Assembly: GCA_963664705.1 (NCBI GenBank)
Contig: OY761556.1
Coordinates: 2,400,001-2,464,000 of the forward strand
Length of the DNA stretch: 64,000 nucleotides
Source of the DNA: Acidobacteriota bacterium
GTDB taxonomy: Bacteria; Acidobacteriota; UBA6911
Direction of reading: 5' to 3'
Shown: positions 48,402 to 58,567 of the stretch, piece after piece
Numbering within the stretch: the stretch's first letter is position 1
Layout: each line of letters opens with the position of its first letter
Made by a program: the position numbers and the translations under genes
Notes under the pieces: generated by a model
The model's database searches: none
What the model was told of the DNA's origin: nothing
What the model saw: only the letters and a program-made list of their open reading frames with translations

Positions 48402-49034
48402 CTAATGGCGCTCCTTAAGCCGGATTTCCTGAATCAAAAGATCTCGATAGATGGCTTCAGCCTGGTCCCTTGTCTGCTTAAGCGTTCCGGATGTATCGAT
48501 TGTGTAGTCCGCCAGCTTCAGCTTTTCCTCGATCGGCATTTGCGAATCCATGCGGGCGCGGGCCTCTCTCTCGCTAAGCTGGTCGCGACTCATCAGCCGA
48601 ACCAGCTGAAGAGAAGGATCGCAGGTGACCACAATCAATCGGTCGTATATCTTATACCCTCCTGTTTCAATCATCAGCGCGGCATCAACAATAACAATTC
48701 CACGCGAAAATGTCTGCTCCAGTTCGAAGATTTCATGAAGAATTGCCGCCCCCACATCGTGATGAGTCAGCTGATTGAGCAGCTTTCGTTTTTCTTCGTC
48801 GAAAAACACGATTCGACCCAGTTTTTTACGGTCGATCTCGCCTCCGACACCAAGGATCTGTTCTCCAAATGTGTCGACGATCCCCTGGTAGGTTTTGGTC
48901 CCCGGGCACAGCAGGTTATGCGCAACAATATCCGCATCGATAACGTGCGCCCCCATCTCCGCAAAAAGCAAAGACGTATGGCTTTTCCCTGAGGCGATAT
49001 TCCCCGTAAGGCCAACATGCAACATGGCCGACAT
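48402..49034 (-). CDS. coaE: Dephospho-CoA kinase
   Basis: GLTGNIASGKS, IDAD and SQMP motifs. Confidence 0.94.
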   Translation of the reverse strand: MSAMLHVGLTGNIASGKSHTSLLFAEMGAHVIDADIVAHNLLCPGTKTYQGIVDTFGEQILGVGGEIDRKKLGRIVFFDEEKRKLLNQLTHHDVGAAILHEIFELEQTFSRGIVIVDAALMIETGGYKIYDRLIVVTCDPSLQLVRLMSRDQLSEREARARMDSQMPIEEKLKLADYTIDTSGTLKQTRDQAEAIYRDLLIQEIRLKERH

Positions 49035-49129
49035 AATAGCACAGCCAGAGGATTGACTCCCCTCTCATAAATCGGATAGTTTGACAGTTCAACTCGGGGG
49101 GCAGCAAACCATTCTGATGGAGACTAGTC

Positions 49130-50077
49130 ATGCGAGTGCTCATCACCGGCGGCGCAGGGTTTATTGCTTATCATCTGGCTTCGGCATTGCTTCGAAACAA
49201 GGCCGATGTTGTCCTGCTCGACAATTTCAACACCTTCTACAATCCGGAACTCAAAAGAAAAAACGTGCGGGATCTGCAGTCTCAGGGAACGGTGCCGCTG
49301 CATGAGGTTGATATTCTCGATCGAGAAAGCCTTCAGGCGGTATTTCACGCCATGCGTCCAGAGGTGGTGGTTCATCTTGCCGCCTGGGCGGGTGTGCGCC
49401 CATCCCTTGAAAAACCAGCCCTGTATTCAGATGTAAACGTCACCGGAACCGTCAACCTGCTTGAGATGGCAAAGGAATATTCCACGCGGTGTTTTATTTT
49501 CGGTTCTTCATCATCGGTGTATGGAGGAAACACCAAGGTTCCATTTTCCGAAGAGGACCTGGTCGACAGACCGGTATCGCCATATGCGGCGACCAAGAAA
49601 GCGGGAGAACTCCTTTGCCACACGTATGCTCACAATTTTGGGATGCACATCACCTGCCTTCGTTTCTTCACGGTGTATGGCCCCAGGCAACGCCCGGAGA
49701 TGGCAATTCACAAGTTTGCCCAGCTAATGGCGGCCGGGAAGGAAATCCCAGTCTTCGGATCGGGGGAATCGCGCCGGGACTACACCTATGTCGAAGACAT
49801 CGTATCCGGAATCCTCGGTTCAATTGAAGCAAATCTCCCGTACGAAATCCTCAACCTTGGGGAATCCCAAACCATTACCCTTATTGAAATGATCCGTCAC
49901 CTGGAGGACGCTCTGAGTCTGAAGGCTCAATTGCGCTTGCTGCCCAATCAGGCGGGAGATATGGAAATCACGTATGCAGACATTGCCAGGGCTCGAAGGA
50001 TGATCGGGTATGCCCCCCAGAAGCCCTTCAAAGAAGGTATTCGTCTATTTGCGGACTGGTTCCAGCACAATGCGTGA
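49130..50077 (+). CDS. NAD-dependent nucleotide-sugar epimerase (UDP-glucuronate 4-epimerase-like)
   Basis: TGGAGFI, HLAAWAGVR, SPYAATKK and RFFTVYGP motifs. Confidence 0.9.
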   Translation: MRVLITGGAGFIAYHLASALLRNKADVVLLDNFNTFYNPELKRKNVRDLQSQGTVPLHEVDILDRESLQAVFHAMRPEVVVHLAAWAGVRPSLEKPALYSDVNVTGTVNLLEMAKEYSTRCFIFGSSSSVYGGNTKVPFSEEDLVDRPVSPYAATKKAGELLCHTYAHNFGMHITCLRFFTVYGPRQRPEMAIHKFAQLMAAGKEIPVFGSGESRRDYTYVEDIVSGILGSIEANLPYEILNLGESQTITLIEMIRHLEDALSLKAQLRLLPNQAGDMEITYADIARARRMIGYAPQKPFKEGIRLFADWFQHNA

Positions 50078-50164
50078 TTTCGCGGGCAGGCTTTCGGCGT
50101 AAGGGCGCGCTTGCTGCGAACCAGGCTATCGGCCGTAGCCTCGGCAAAGGCGACGATCGCCGTA

Positions 50165-51130
50165 TCACTCAAACTCTGCGATCACCACAGTACCGGAGAG
50201 TTCGTTAACGACATAGACGGTGTGGCCGTCAGGTCCAACCTTGATATCTGTGGGGCCTCGATCAACCGCAAAGGTTTCGGGATCCAGACTACTGAGATCG
50301 GTCGGCAGCATGGATACCATCCTGGCTTCACTATTGACCACAAATACCCTCTTCCCATCCTTGCTGATCGCCACCCCAAACGGTGACTTGCCAATCGGGA
50401 CTGTAACGATAACCTTCCGGGTTTGCGCATCGATAACAGAAAGGTCGTTGCTTTTACTGTTGGCGACGAATATCCGCTTCCCATCCGGCGTTATCGCAAT
50501 CCCATCAGGGGCATCTCCTACCGCGATTTTTTGCACGACCGACTTTCTGTCGGGATCAATGACCCAGACTTCATTGTTGCCGCCCATAATAACGTAAACC
50601 AGCTCCGTGGTGGGCGAGACCGCGATGGAGAATGGAGAGACCCCGACTTTCAGGCTTTGAATCAGCGTGCGCTCACGAATGTCGATAATGTAGACGGACC
50701 CTTCGCGTGACCGGCCATAGGCGGACACATAAGCCTGATACCCACGCGGGCTAACGGCCACGGAAGTGGGCTGCCCTCCAACATTGAGATCTCGCAGGAC
50801 CGTGAAGGTCTCCAGGTCCACAAACGTAACAGTGCCGGATTCCTTGCACGCAACCAGCGCCAGTTTCCCCTGGTCCGCGATTGCCAGCCCCAGGGGAGCC
50901 GCTCCCACGGTCACACTTCTCGTAACAAGCTTCTGCGCCAAATCGATTTCCAGCAATTCATCGGTGCCATAGGATGTTGCATACATCTTCTTTCCATCCG
51001 GACTCAGGGCGATAAAATTGGGAGAACGCCCTACCTTGCGCACCCGGGAGATTTTAGCTGCGCTGCCATAAAGCGGCAGAATGAAGAGCAGCGAAATTAT
51101 GACGACACAGATTCGGCGCAATCCCTTCAT
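50165..51130 (-). CDS. Secreted YVTN/YncE-type beta-propeller protein
   Basis: Signal peptide and about seven repeats of VG..P..IA.SPDG..YV.N. Confidence 0.85.
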   Translation of the reverse strand: MKGLRRICVVIISLLFILPLYGSAAKISRVRKVGRSPNFIALSPDGKKMYATSYGTDELLEIDLAQKLVTRSVTVGAAPLGLAIADQGKLALVACKESGTVTFVDLETFTVLRDLNVGGQPTSVAVSPRGYQAYVSAYGRSREGSVYIIDIRERTLIQSLKVGVSPFSIAVSPTTELVYVIMGGNNEVWVIDPDRKSVVQKIAVGDAPDGIAITPDGKRIFVANSKSNDLSVIDAQTRKVIVTVPIGKSPFGVAISKDGKRVFVVNSEARMVSMLPTDLSSLDPETFAVDRGPTDIKVGPDGHTVYVVNELSGTVVIAEFE

Positions 51131-51143
51131 ACGAGTTTCCTTG

Positions 51144-51887
51144 CTATTTGGTAGCAGCAATCAGGCTGAACACCCCTGAATTGGGATTTTCAGGCACACT
51201 CAAACCTTGGATGATAACCTGTCGGAAGCCGACCTTGAAAAACAAATCAACAATTTCCTCTCGGTCATAATATACGGCGCGCGCTTCTGTGGGGTTCTTC
51301 TGAACAAACTGCAGGTGGGCCCTGCGCCACAAACGCGACCAGGAAAGTGAAGAGGACTTCGGCTCGAGCATTTCCGCAACAATCAAATATCCATCCGGAA
51401 CCAAAACCCTCAAGGCCTCCGTCAGATATTGCTCGGCGGGATGCCGGTGAAGGTCGAAAATGGAGACGGCAAGATCGCAATAGCTATCGGGAACGGGATA
51501 TCGCGGCTCCTGAAAGTGCCTGAAGTCCACAGTCTGCTGCATATTCAGATGCACGGCTCGTTGCTTCGCCCGTTCCAGCAAAGTGATGTTGTTGTCATAA
51601 GAAAATATGCGGCCCGGAAATGCCTTGCGGCCAGCCAGCCGAAGCGAAAAAACAGCCGTGTCGGTCAGAAGATCCAGAACTTTCACTCTCCGGGTATTGA
51701 CCACAAAATCCACGATCTGATCCATTGTCAGGTAGTAATCCAATCCCGTCCGCCACCGAAAGAAGCGCGCAACCCCTTCTTCATAGGTGTCGATTCTGGC
51801 GGGTAGATTGGCCAGGAATGGCCGAGGCTGGGCCGCCGAAAAATTGAATTTTTTCTGATGCTCCTGGGCAGAAGTTTCGGTTTTCAA
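51144..51887 (-). CDS. Class I SAM-dependent methyltransferase-like protein with a degenerate motif I
   Basis: VLDLLTDTA, D...LLERAK, DLAVSIFDLH and RVLVPDG motifs. Confidence 0.65.
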   Translation of the reverse strand: MKTETSAQEHQKKFNFSAAQPRPFLANLPARIDTYEEGVARFFRWRTGLDYYLTMDQIVDFVVNTRRVKVLDLLTDTAVFSLRLAGRKAFPGRIFSYDNNITLLERAKQRAVHLNMQQTVDFRHFQEPRYPVPDSYCDLAVSIFDLHRHPAEQYLTEALRVLVPDGYLIVAEMLEPKSSSLSWSRLWRRAHLQFVQKNPTEARAVYYDREEIVDLFFKVGFRQVIIQGLSVPENPNSGVFSLIAATK

Positions 51888-51977
51888 TCGAGTCGCCCAA
51901 TCCTAGAAGTCGCCATTCCGGGCTGACACAAAACCATCGAGACTTTCAAATCAGACCTTGAATCGAGCCCGGAATCA

Positions 51978-53612
51978 TTATTTCAATCTATATAAGGAAA
52001 AATGCTCGGTTTTCACCGCAAGAGCATACCCAGCCGTCCAATTGGGGTCAACCTGCATGCGTTCCCAAATGGCATCGCCGTTTTCCGTGCACATCCATCC
52101 CACCACGCGCGCGGGATTTTGTAGCGCATCATGCCAAAGCGATTCGCCGCCTTCGTTATAAACAAACTCCTTCACGTTAATGCCTAGATCATAGACCAGT
52201 GGAGCCTGTTTTCCCATGTCGATAAGAATTCGCTTCCCATCGTAATTCTGTCGGATATATCGCATGACTTCCTGCCGCTCCGGCTCAATAAACCCATGCT
52301 CCATTGTCTCGACAAGCATTGGATGGTACTCGCGCTCCAACGGTGGAATCTGCATCCCCAGAACACACAGCAAAAGCAATGCCCAGACATATTGCCGGCT
52401 TACCCTCGCCACCATAAACAGAATCAATGCCGCTATTGGCACAATCGATGCGCCGGGTCCGGCGACCAGCCGTCCGTCCGGATCTGTTTGCGCATAATAC
52501 CAGGAGAGCCACGGCAAACCCGATACCACAAACGTCAAAAGGAGCAAAGCCCGTTTCTTCGCGGCTTCCGAGGTAAAAACCATACTGGCAAACACCACAA
52601 CCGCCGGCAGCAGAAGAACTGAATATCGAAGACGGTATACCAACCCCCAGTACAAAGCGGAGATGTTTATAAGCGATGGAAGCCAGAGCAGGAATAAGGG
52701 CAGCCGGAATGCCAGCAGTTTCCGCTGGCACACAATCAGCATCATGCCAGCAGCAGCCACCAGAAGTGGCAGCAGTGCAGACATCTGGGAAAGCTCTCCC
52801 AGATGATAAACAGCCGACATGATCGGATGCTTATAAGTGAGGTACGGACTGGGATGGCCACCCGCAACCCGGCCGAAAAAGCTGTCTCCCAGGCGCAGGT
52901 ATATATATCCGAAGTGGGCAAGAGCCGGAATGCCAAAAACCGTCGCAAACACAAAAGCTGCCTGAATTACCTTTTGCCTCGGCATATACCTGCGGCAGTA
53001 ATCATGAAACAGAAGCAGCAGGACGCCAACGATTACGTACCATCCTTCGTACCGGCAAAGCCCTCCCAGGGAAAACCATAGGGCCGCCATCCATGGTTGT
53101 CTGGAATGATCGGATTCCCGCCAGGCAAGCAGGCTGTCCATTGCCAATAACAGGAGCATCATGTACAGAGGCTCTGTCAGCGGGCAACTCTGCAGGTATT
53201 GGAGATTTGGATTTGCCAGAAGAATGGCTGCGGCAAAAATCCCGGCCGAAATCGAACCGGTAAAACGATAGGAGATCCGGTATGTCATCCACCCGGATAC
53301 CGCAAAGGCAACAACGGAAATCAAACTGGGTAACAGCCCGGAGTGATATTGCGAATCAAACAAGACCAGCGGCAGGTAAACAAGATGGAGCAGCGGCAGC
53401 CAATTCACACCCATCTGACCATAGCCGGGCTCCAGCGAATCAAACATCCGCCGCGCCACAAGCAGATGCGCCTTGGCGTCGTAATGGGCAACGGTCAAGC
53501 CTTGCCTGTAATAGTAAACAAAAAAGGCAATCCCTGTAATCAGACCCGCCAGGAAAACCAGATAAGGTACTCTTTTTGCCAACAAGCTTCGGTTTTGAAT
53601 TGTAAGGCTCAT
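51978..53612 (-). CDS. GT-C fold membrane glycosyltransferase (ArnT/PMT-like)
   Basis: HYDAKAH, WLPL, TEP and RYEGW motifs; many transmembrane helices. Confidence 0.75.
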   Translation of the reverse strand: MSLTIQNRSLLAKRVPYLVFLAGLITGIAFFVYYYRQGLTVAHYDAKAHLLVARRMFDSLEPGYGQMGVNWLPLLHLVYLPLVLFDSQYHSGLLPSLISVVAFAVSGWMTYRISYRFTGSISAGIFAAAILLANPNLQYLQSCPLTEPLYMMLLLLAMDSLLAWRESDHSRQPWMAALWFSLGGLCRYEGWYVIVGVLLLLFHDYCRRYMPRQKVIQAAFVFATVFGIPALAHFGYIYLRLGDSFFGRVAGGHPSPYLTYKHPIMSAVYHLGELSQMSALLPLLVAAAGMMLIVCQRKLLAFRLPLFLLWLPSLINISALYWGLVYRLRYSVLLLPAVVVFASMVFTSEAAKKRALLLLTFVVSGLPWLSWYYAQTDPDGRLVAGPGASIVPIAALILFMVARVSRQYVWALLLLCVLGMQIPPLEREYHPMLVETMEHGFIEPERQEVMRYIRQNYDGKRILIDMGKQAPLVYDLGINVKEFVYNEGGESLWHDALQNPARVVGWMCTENGDAIWERMQVDPNWTAGYALAVKTEHFSLYRLK

Positions 53613-54904
53613 CAGGGGTAAATCCTGTAAAGCATGCGAGGAAAAGCAATGGCCTCGCGCAGATGGCTCAGGTTGCATATCCAGGCCACCATTCTTTCAA
53701 TCCCCATTCCAAAACCCGCATGAGGCACACTTCCGTATTGGCGCAGATCCAAATACCACTGGAAGGGTTCAACCGAAAGATTATGTTCCTTGATTCGCTT
53801 CATCAATAGGTCGTAGTCGTGAATGCGCTGCCCACCGCCAATGATCTCGCCATACCCTTCAGGAGCAAGGACGTCCACGCACAAAGCAACTTCCGGACGC
53901 TCTGGATCCGGCTGCATATAAAAAGCCTTCACATCCGATGGGTATCGATGGACCATCACCGGAGACGTATACTGCTCTGACAGGATCGTTTCATCTCCGC
54001 CACCAAAATCCCCGCCCCATTGTATTTCCGATCCGGCCGCCTGCATCTTCTTTACGGCCTCATCATAGCTGAGGCGCGGGAAGGGCTTGGTTATTCGTTC
54101 CAGGTTGGCGACATTTCGTTCCAGTATTTCCAGTTGAGGCCTGCGTCTCGTCAGTACACGCTCAAGGATGAAACAGATCATCCCTTCCGCCAGTTGCATC
54201 GTATCCTCGAGATTTGCATAAGCCACTTCCGGCTCAACCATCCAGAATTCCATCAGGTGCCTTCGCGTTTTGGACTTCTCAGCACGAAATGTCGGGCCAA
54301 AACAGTATGTTTTTCCGAAGGCGGCCGCGGTCGCTTCGTTATAAAGCTGCCCACTCTGGGTCAAATAGGCCATCTGATCGAAATACTGGGTTTCGAATAG
54401 TGTCGTGGTGCCTTCACAGGCATTTGGGGTGAATATCGGTGTGTCCACCAGCGTAAATCCGAGATCGTCAAAATAGTCTCTGCAGGCTTTGATGACCTCA
54501 TGCCGGATCTTGATGATGGCATGCTGCCGGGAACTCCGAAGCCACAGGTGGCGGTTTTCCATAAGGAAGGCCGTCCCGTGCTCCTTGGGAGTAATCGGAT
54601 AATTCTCTGTCTGCTGGACAACCGTGAAACCGGTCACATCGACTTCATATCCGCCGGGAGAACGCACATCCTTCCGAACCTTGCCCTGGATCTCGATACT
54701 GGATTCCTGCGTGAGCTTATCGAGCGCATCGAACTGCTCTGGAGAAAAATTTCCTTTGAAGGCAACGCACTGGATTGTACCTGTACCGTCACGCAGGAGA
54801 ATGAACTGCAGTTTCCCGCTACTGCGCTTGTTATAGACCCAGCCACGCAGCGTGACTTCGTTCCCTTCGTGGTCACCAATGTTTTCGATATATGCTACCG
54901 GCAT
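53612..54904 (-). CDS. asnS: Asparagine--tRNA ligase
   Basis: OB fold [32 protein letters not shown] and GFGMGIER motifs. Confidence 0.95.
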   Translation of the reverse strand: MPVAYIENIGDHEGNEVTLRGWVYNKRSSGKLQFILLRDGTGTIQCVAFKGNFSPEQFDALDKLTQESSIEIQGKVRKDVRSPGGYEVDVTGFTVVQQTENYPITPKEHGTAFLMENRHLWLRSSRQHAIIKIRHEVIKACRDYFDDLGFTLVDTPIFTPNACEGTTTLFETQYFDQMAYLTQSGQLYNEATAAAFGKTYCFGPTFRAEKSKTRRHLMEFWMVEPEVAYANLEDTMQLAEGMICFILERVLTRRRPQLEILERNVANLERITKPFPRLSYDEAVKKMQAAGSEIQWGGDFGGGDETILSEQYTSPVMVHRYPSDVKAFYMQPDPERPEVALCVDVLAPEGYGEIIGGGQRIHDYDLLMKRIKEHNLSVEPFQWYLDLRQYGSVPHAGFGMGIERMVAWICNLSHLREAIAFPRMLYRIYP

Positions 54905-54949
54905 AACGATCCTTTGAAGATTCGAGATTCGCTTCTGCAAATCTCGGGA

Positions 54950-55507
54950 TTAAGTCTCGTGTTCAAACACCATGAAGCCGGGAGTCACTCCCCGCTCACT
55001 GCAATACTCGAGATAAAGTGAATAATAGCTGGAACGAAGAAACTGCGTTCGCGCTATCCCCAACTTTTCGGCAACATGCAAAATTCCCTGCTCCAGGCCT
55101 TCCAGCTCCACATAATTCCCGATCGGGGTCTCGTCAACCGCAACATGCACCCCGCCAACCAGAAATTCCCTGCGGTATTTTTGATACCGGAAGGCAACGA
55201 CCAGTCCAATCCTCTCCAACGCCTGCAGGAGAATTGTCCCATCGCCGACGGGAGTTTCCAACTCCTCTCGAGTCTTGAATATCCCGTTGGGTTGAGGGGG
55301 GCCTTTATAGGTAAATGAATGCTTCCCGTCTTCGAGCCGCACCCGGATCAGCGAACGACTCGATGCCAGCCTGCGATCGGAAAAATCGAGCAGATTGTTG
55401 TCTTCCAGGTGCCTTGCGGACAGAATCTCCGGATTCAATACACTCAGGCTGCGGCAGAAATCCTCCGCTTCTCGGATCCTGATTTTAACTTCGGTTTCTA
55501 TGCCCAA
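54950..55507 (-). CDS. CYTH-domain protein (class IV adenylate cyclase-like / triphosphate tunnel enzyme)
   Basis: ETEVK, TYKGP, REELET, KYR and YVELEG motifs; TTG start at 55507 is inferred. Confidence 0.85.
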   Translation of the reverse strand: MGIETEVKIRIREAEDFCRSLSVLNPEILSARHLEDNNLLDFSDRRLASSRSLIRVRLEDGKHSFTYKGPPQPNGIFKTREELETPVGDGTILLQALERIGLVVAFRYQKYRREFLVGGVHVAVDETPIGNYVELEGLEQGILHVAEKLGIARTQFLRSSYYSLYLEYCSERGVTPGFMVFEHET

Positions 55508-55517
55508 TTGAATCCGC

Positions 55518-56516
55518 TCACATCCTGCAGCGGCGCAGAACAACTCCACATTCGGCCAATAGTGACAGCGCCCTGTCGTTCAATGGATATTCTTGATTGT
55601 AAACTACTTCGACGATGCCGCTGTTGATGATCATCTTCGTGCAGAGGAGACACGGCGCAAAGGTTGTATAGAGGGTCGATCCCTTCAAGCTCGTTCCATG
55701 ATAAGCCGCCTGCGTGATGGCATTTTCCTCTCCGTGACAGCACAGGCATTCGTCCAGAGCCGTCCCGCTCTGCGCCATGCTGTTGCAGCGCGGGCAGCCG
55801 CCTTCATTACAGTTCTTTGCACCACGTGGCGTCCCGTTATACCCGGTCGAAACAACTCTCCGGTCCTTCACAATGATGGCGGCAACCTTTCGTTTCATGC
55901 AGTTGCTTCGCATTGCCACAACCTTGGCAATGTTCATGAAATACTCATCCCAGCTCGGACGCATAAAGCGGCTCATCAGTGGAGGCAGCATTTCATCCAG
56001 CCGTCGATGTAAGTCTTCCAAAGTCCCATTGTTGTCGACGACAATGTCCGCCTTTTCCCTCGTTGCCAGGAGTTGCTGGTTTGCCGGGTTTTTCGACTCC
56101 AGCTCACGGTTTTCCTCAGCTGTAAACTGCTCAAAGCTCTGGGCAGCACTCTCCCGTCCCCTGACCCGGCTGCGCTCAAACCGGATTTGCGGGTCCGCCT
56201 CGATAGCCATCAGGACAAAATCCTGACGCCTCCGGAGGACATCCACCTCCATGGGGTTTCGGATAGAGTCCACCACATAGTTATGCTCTCTTTCAAGGCT
56301 TCCAAGAATCCTCTCCGCCAGAATGCCCGGGCCGAAAGTCTCACGCAAATCATTGCCCACAACAATCAGGACATCCCGCGTTATTTCCTTTCCACGCCGT
56401 CGTATCTCCTCCCGAATTGCATCGGAAAGCGAGTGATACTCAAATCCACGGCTTTTCAGATAATCCGAAACCGCTGTTTTGCCCGATCCATTTTTTCCTG
56501 TCAGTCCAATGATCAT
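55518..56516 (-). CDS. P-loop NMP-kinase-like domain fused to dCMP deaminase
   Basis: GKNGSGKT and DSIR in the N-terminal half; RPSWDEYFM, GYNG, HGE and PCLLC in the C-terminal half. Confidence 0.88.
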   Translation of the reverse strand: MIIGLTGKNGSGKTAVSDYLKSRGFEYHSLSDAIREEIRRRGKEITRDVLIVVGNDLRETFGPGILAERILGSLEREHNYVVDSIRNPMEVDVLRRRQDFVLMAIEADPQIRFERSRVRGRESAAQSFEQFTAEENRELESKNPANQQLLATREKADIVVDNNGTLEDLHRRLDEMLPPLMSRFMRPSWDEYFMNIAKVVAMRSNCMKRKVAAIIVKDRRVVSTGYNGTPRGAKNCNEGGCPRCNSMAQSGTALDECLCCHGEENAITQAAYHGTSLKGSTLYTTFAPCLLCTKMIINSGIVEVVYNQEYPLNDRALSLLAECGVVLRRCRM

Positions 56517-56596
56517 AAGCCCAGTATGTTAACACATTTAGAGGTTTGCCGTTCCCGTTTTCCCTTCACCTTCGCATGACAAAGGGTGTCACCATC

Positions 56597-57766
56597 TCAA
56601 TAAAGCAAATAGGGCTTCCGTCGGCTTCGAAACTGCTCCAGCTCCGTCTGCCAGCTTTGCCTTACCTGATTCATCGGAATTCCCCTCATGATCATCTCCG
56701 GGATCTCTGTTCCACCGCACAATATCTCGATGGGCAGCTTCTCGAGCTCGTACTCATAGGGCGGCTTGCGCCACTCAAATGACTCCGGATACAAAGCCTT
56801 CGCCACGGATAAAATTGCAATGCCGGTGAGATACGGCTCATAGGCGTTGCGATCGAGAACATGAATTTGCACCCCTCCACACATCTGGCCAGCCCACTTC
56901 TGAAATGTCGGCTGAAAATGGGCCGGCCTGAATTGAACACCGGGCAAATGCAGAGAATTCAGTGCTTCTGCATATTGTCGACTGCGGATAAAGGGCGCTC
57001 CGATCAGTTCAAAGGGGCGCGTTGTTCCCCGCCCTTCCGACAGACAGCTTCCCTCAAGGAGCACCATTCCAGGATACACAACTGTAGAATCCATGGTGGG
57101 AAGGTTTGGCGAAGGGAGCACCCACGGTAAGCCTGTTTGATCAAAGTAATAGTCTCTGTTCCAGCCCACCATTGGAACAACTTCCAGATCGCAGCATATC
57201 CCGAATTCGGAATTAAAAAACAAAGCAAGTTCGCCCACGGTCATTCCGTGGCGCATCGGTATCGGATAAAGCCCAACAAAGGAGCGATAAGCCGGATCCA
57301 ACAGGTTCCCCTCCACGGCATTGCCATTGATCGGATTGGGCCGATCCAAAACAAGCATCTTCTTTCCATACCTGGCACACGCTTCCATGCAATAGGCCAT
57401 CGTATAGATGAATGTGTAGACTCTGGTTCCCGCATCCTGCAGGTCAAAAAGAAGAACCTCTACATCGGACAACATCTCTTCCGTAGGACGACGTGTTTCT
57501 CCATACAGACTGTGCACCGGCAGGTTGGTGTCCGGATCCCGATAAAACTGCGACTCCACCATGTTGTCCTGCTTTTCGCCGCGAGCCCCATGCTGCGGGC
57601 CAAACAGAGAAACAAGTTCACAACCGTCCATACGATGGAGCACATCGGCTGCATGCCGCAGATCGGGCAGAATCGAAGCAGGATGAACGACAATGCCGGC
57701 ACGCAATCCGCGCACAAGATCCGTTCTTCTGGTTACCAGCACTTCAATTCCCGGTATCACGCGCAT
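56597..57766 (-). CDS. namZ: Exo-beta-N-acetylmuramidase NamZ family (DUF1343)
   Basis: FGPQHG, SLYG, DLQD.G.R.YT, LDRPNP, RHGMTVGE and SEGRGTTRPFE motifs. Confidence 0.9.
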   Translation of the reverse strand: MRVIPGIEVLVTRRTDLVRGLRAGIVVHPASILPDLRHAADVLHRMDGCELVSLFGPQHGARGEKQDNMVESQFYRDPDTNLPVHSLYGETRRPTEEMLSDVEVLLFDLQDAGTRVYTFIYTMAYCMEACARYGKKMLVLDRPNPINGNAVEGNLLDPAYRSFVGLYPIPMRHGMTVGELALFFNSEFGICCDLEVVPMVGWNRDYYFDQTGLPWVLPSPNLPTMDSTVVYPGMVLLEGSCLSEGRGTTRPFELIGAPFIRSRQYAEALNSLHLPGVQFRPAHFQPTFQKWAGQMCGGVQIHVLDRNAYEPYLTGIAILSVAKALYPESFEWRKPPYEYELEKLPIEILCGGTEIPEMIMRGIPMNQVRQSWQTELEQFRSRRKPYLLY

Positions 57767-58003
57767 CGATTTCCTCTGATAAAATGAATAGGATGAAAAA
57801 AACTCAAAGAAAGGCAGGCAAAGCCCAGGAGATTATGGCTGTACCGCCTATCCGGTGAATCCCGGAAAAGCGCTTGACTTAAAAAAATGGTTATATTTGA
57901 ATTACCTCAGCTTGCGCCAAGGCTTGATTTCGCTACCATTCCCAAATTGATTCGTTGCCCCGCTGAACCAGTAAGCCTGGCCTAAACACTGCGAGTACTG
58001 GCA

Positions 58004-58543
58004 ATGGAACATACGCTGGTTTTAAATGCGACCTATGAACCGATCAACATTGTCACCTGGAAAAGGGCGCTCAGCCTGCTATGCCAGGGCAAAGTTGAAG
58101 TTCTAGCCGAATATGACCGCGAAGTCCGAAGCATCAGCTTTACCATCAGGATGCCCAGTGTCCTCCGTCTGCTCAAATATGTAAAGGTCAGAAAACAATT
58201 CCAGCACGTAAAATTCTGTAGAGCCAATATCTACGCCAGGGATCATCATACCTGCCAGTACTGTGGCAAAAAATGCTCAACTGAAAACCTCACCTTCGAC
58301 CATGTTACCCCGATCGTCAAAGGAGGGGCAAAGACCTGGGACAATATCGTAACCTGCTGCTTTGAGTGCAATCACAAAAAAGGAGGGCGCACTCCCGAAG
58401 AAGCCGGAATGCGGCTGGTCCGCCGGCCAAAGGAACCGGAATGGGTCCCCTCGATGCTACATATAACTATCGGCTTCAAAACAGCCCCGCAGGCCTGGCG
58501 AGACTACTTCTATTGGAATGTGGAGCTGGAAAAGGAGGAATAA
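58004..58543 (+). CDS. Stand-alone HNH endonuclease (McrA-like)
   Basis: VLNATYEP, RD..TCQYCG, DHV.P...GG and CCFECN.KK motifs. Confidence 0.9.
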   Translation: MEHTLVLNATYEPINIVTWKRALSLLCQGKVEVLAEYDREVRSISFTIRMPSVLRLLKYVKVRKQFQHVKFCRANIYARDHHTCQYCGKKCSTENLTFDHVTPIVKGGAKTWDNIVTCCFECNHKKGGRTPEEAGMRLVRRPKEPEWVPSMLHITIGFKTAPQAWRDYFYWNVELEKEE

Positions 58544-58567
58544 AAGATAGAAGCCAGGAGACAGGGA

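Noticed and set aside
50128-50153. REP-like word CCGTAGCCTCGGCAAAGGCG between convergent genes
   Set aside because: Only one degenerate copy in the window, so it cannot be supported as a repeat family here.
58004-58543. HNH gene as an IscB/HEARO element, mobile element or restriction system
   Set aside because: Short stand-alone McrA-like family with no RuvC motifs, methyltransferase, terminal repeats or convincing upstream RNA; only a 6-bp CCAGTA/TACTGG pairing was seen.
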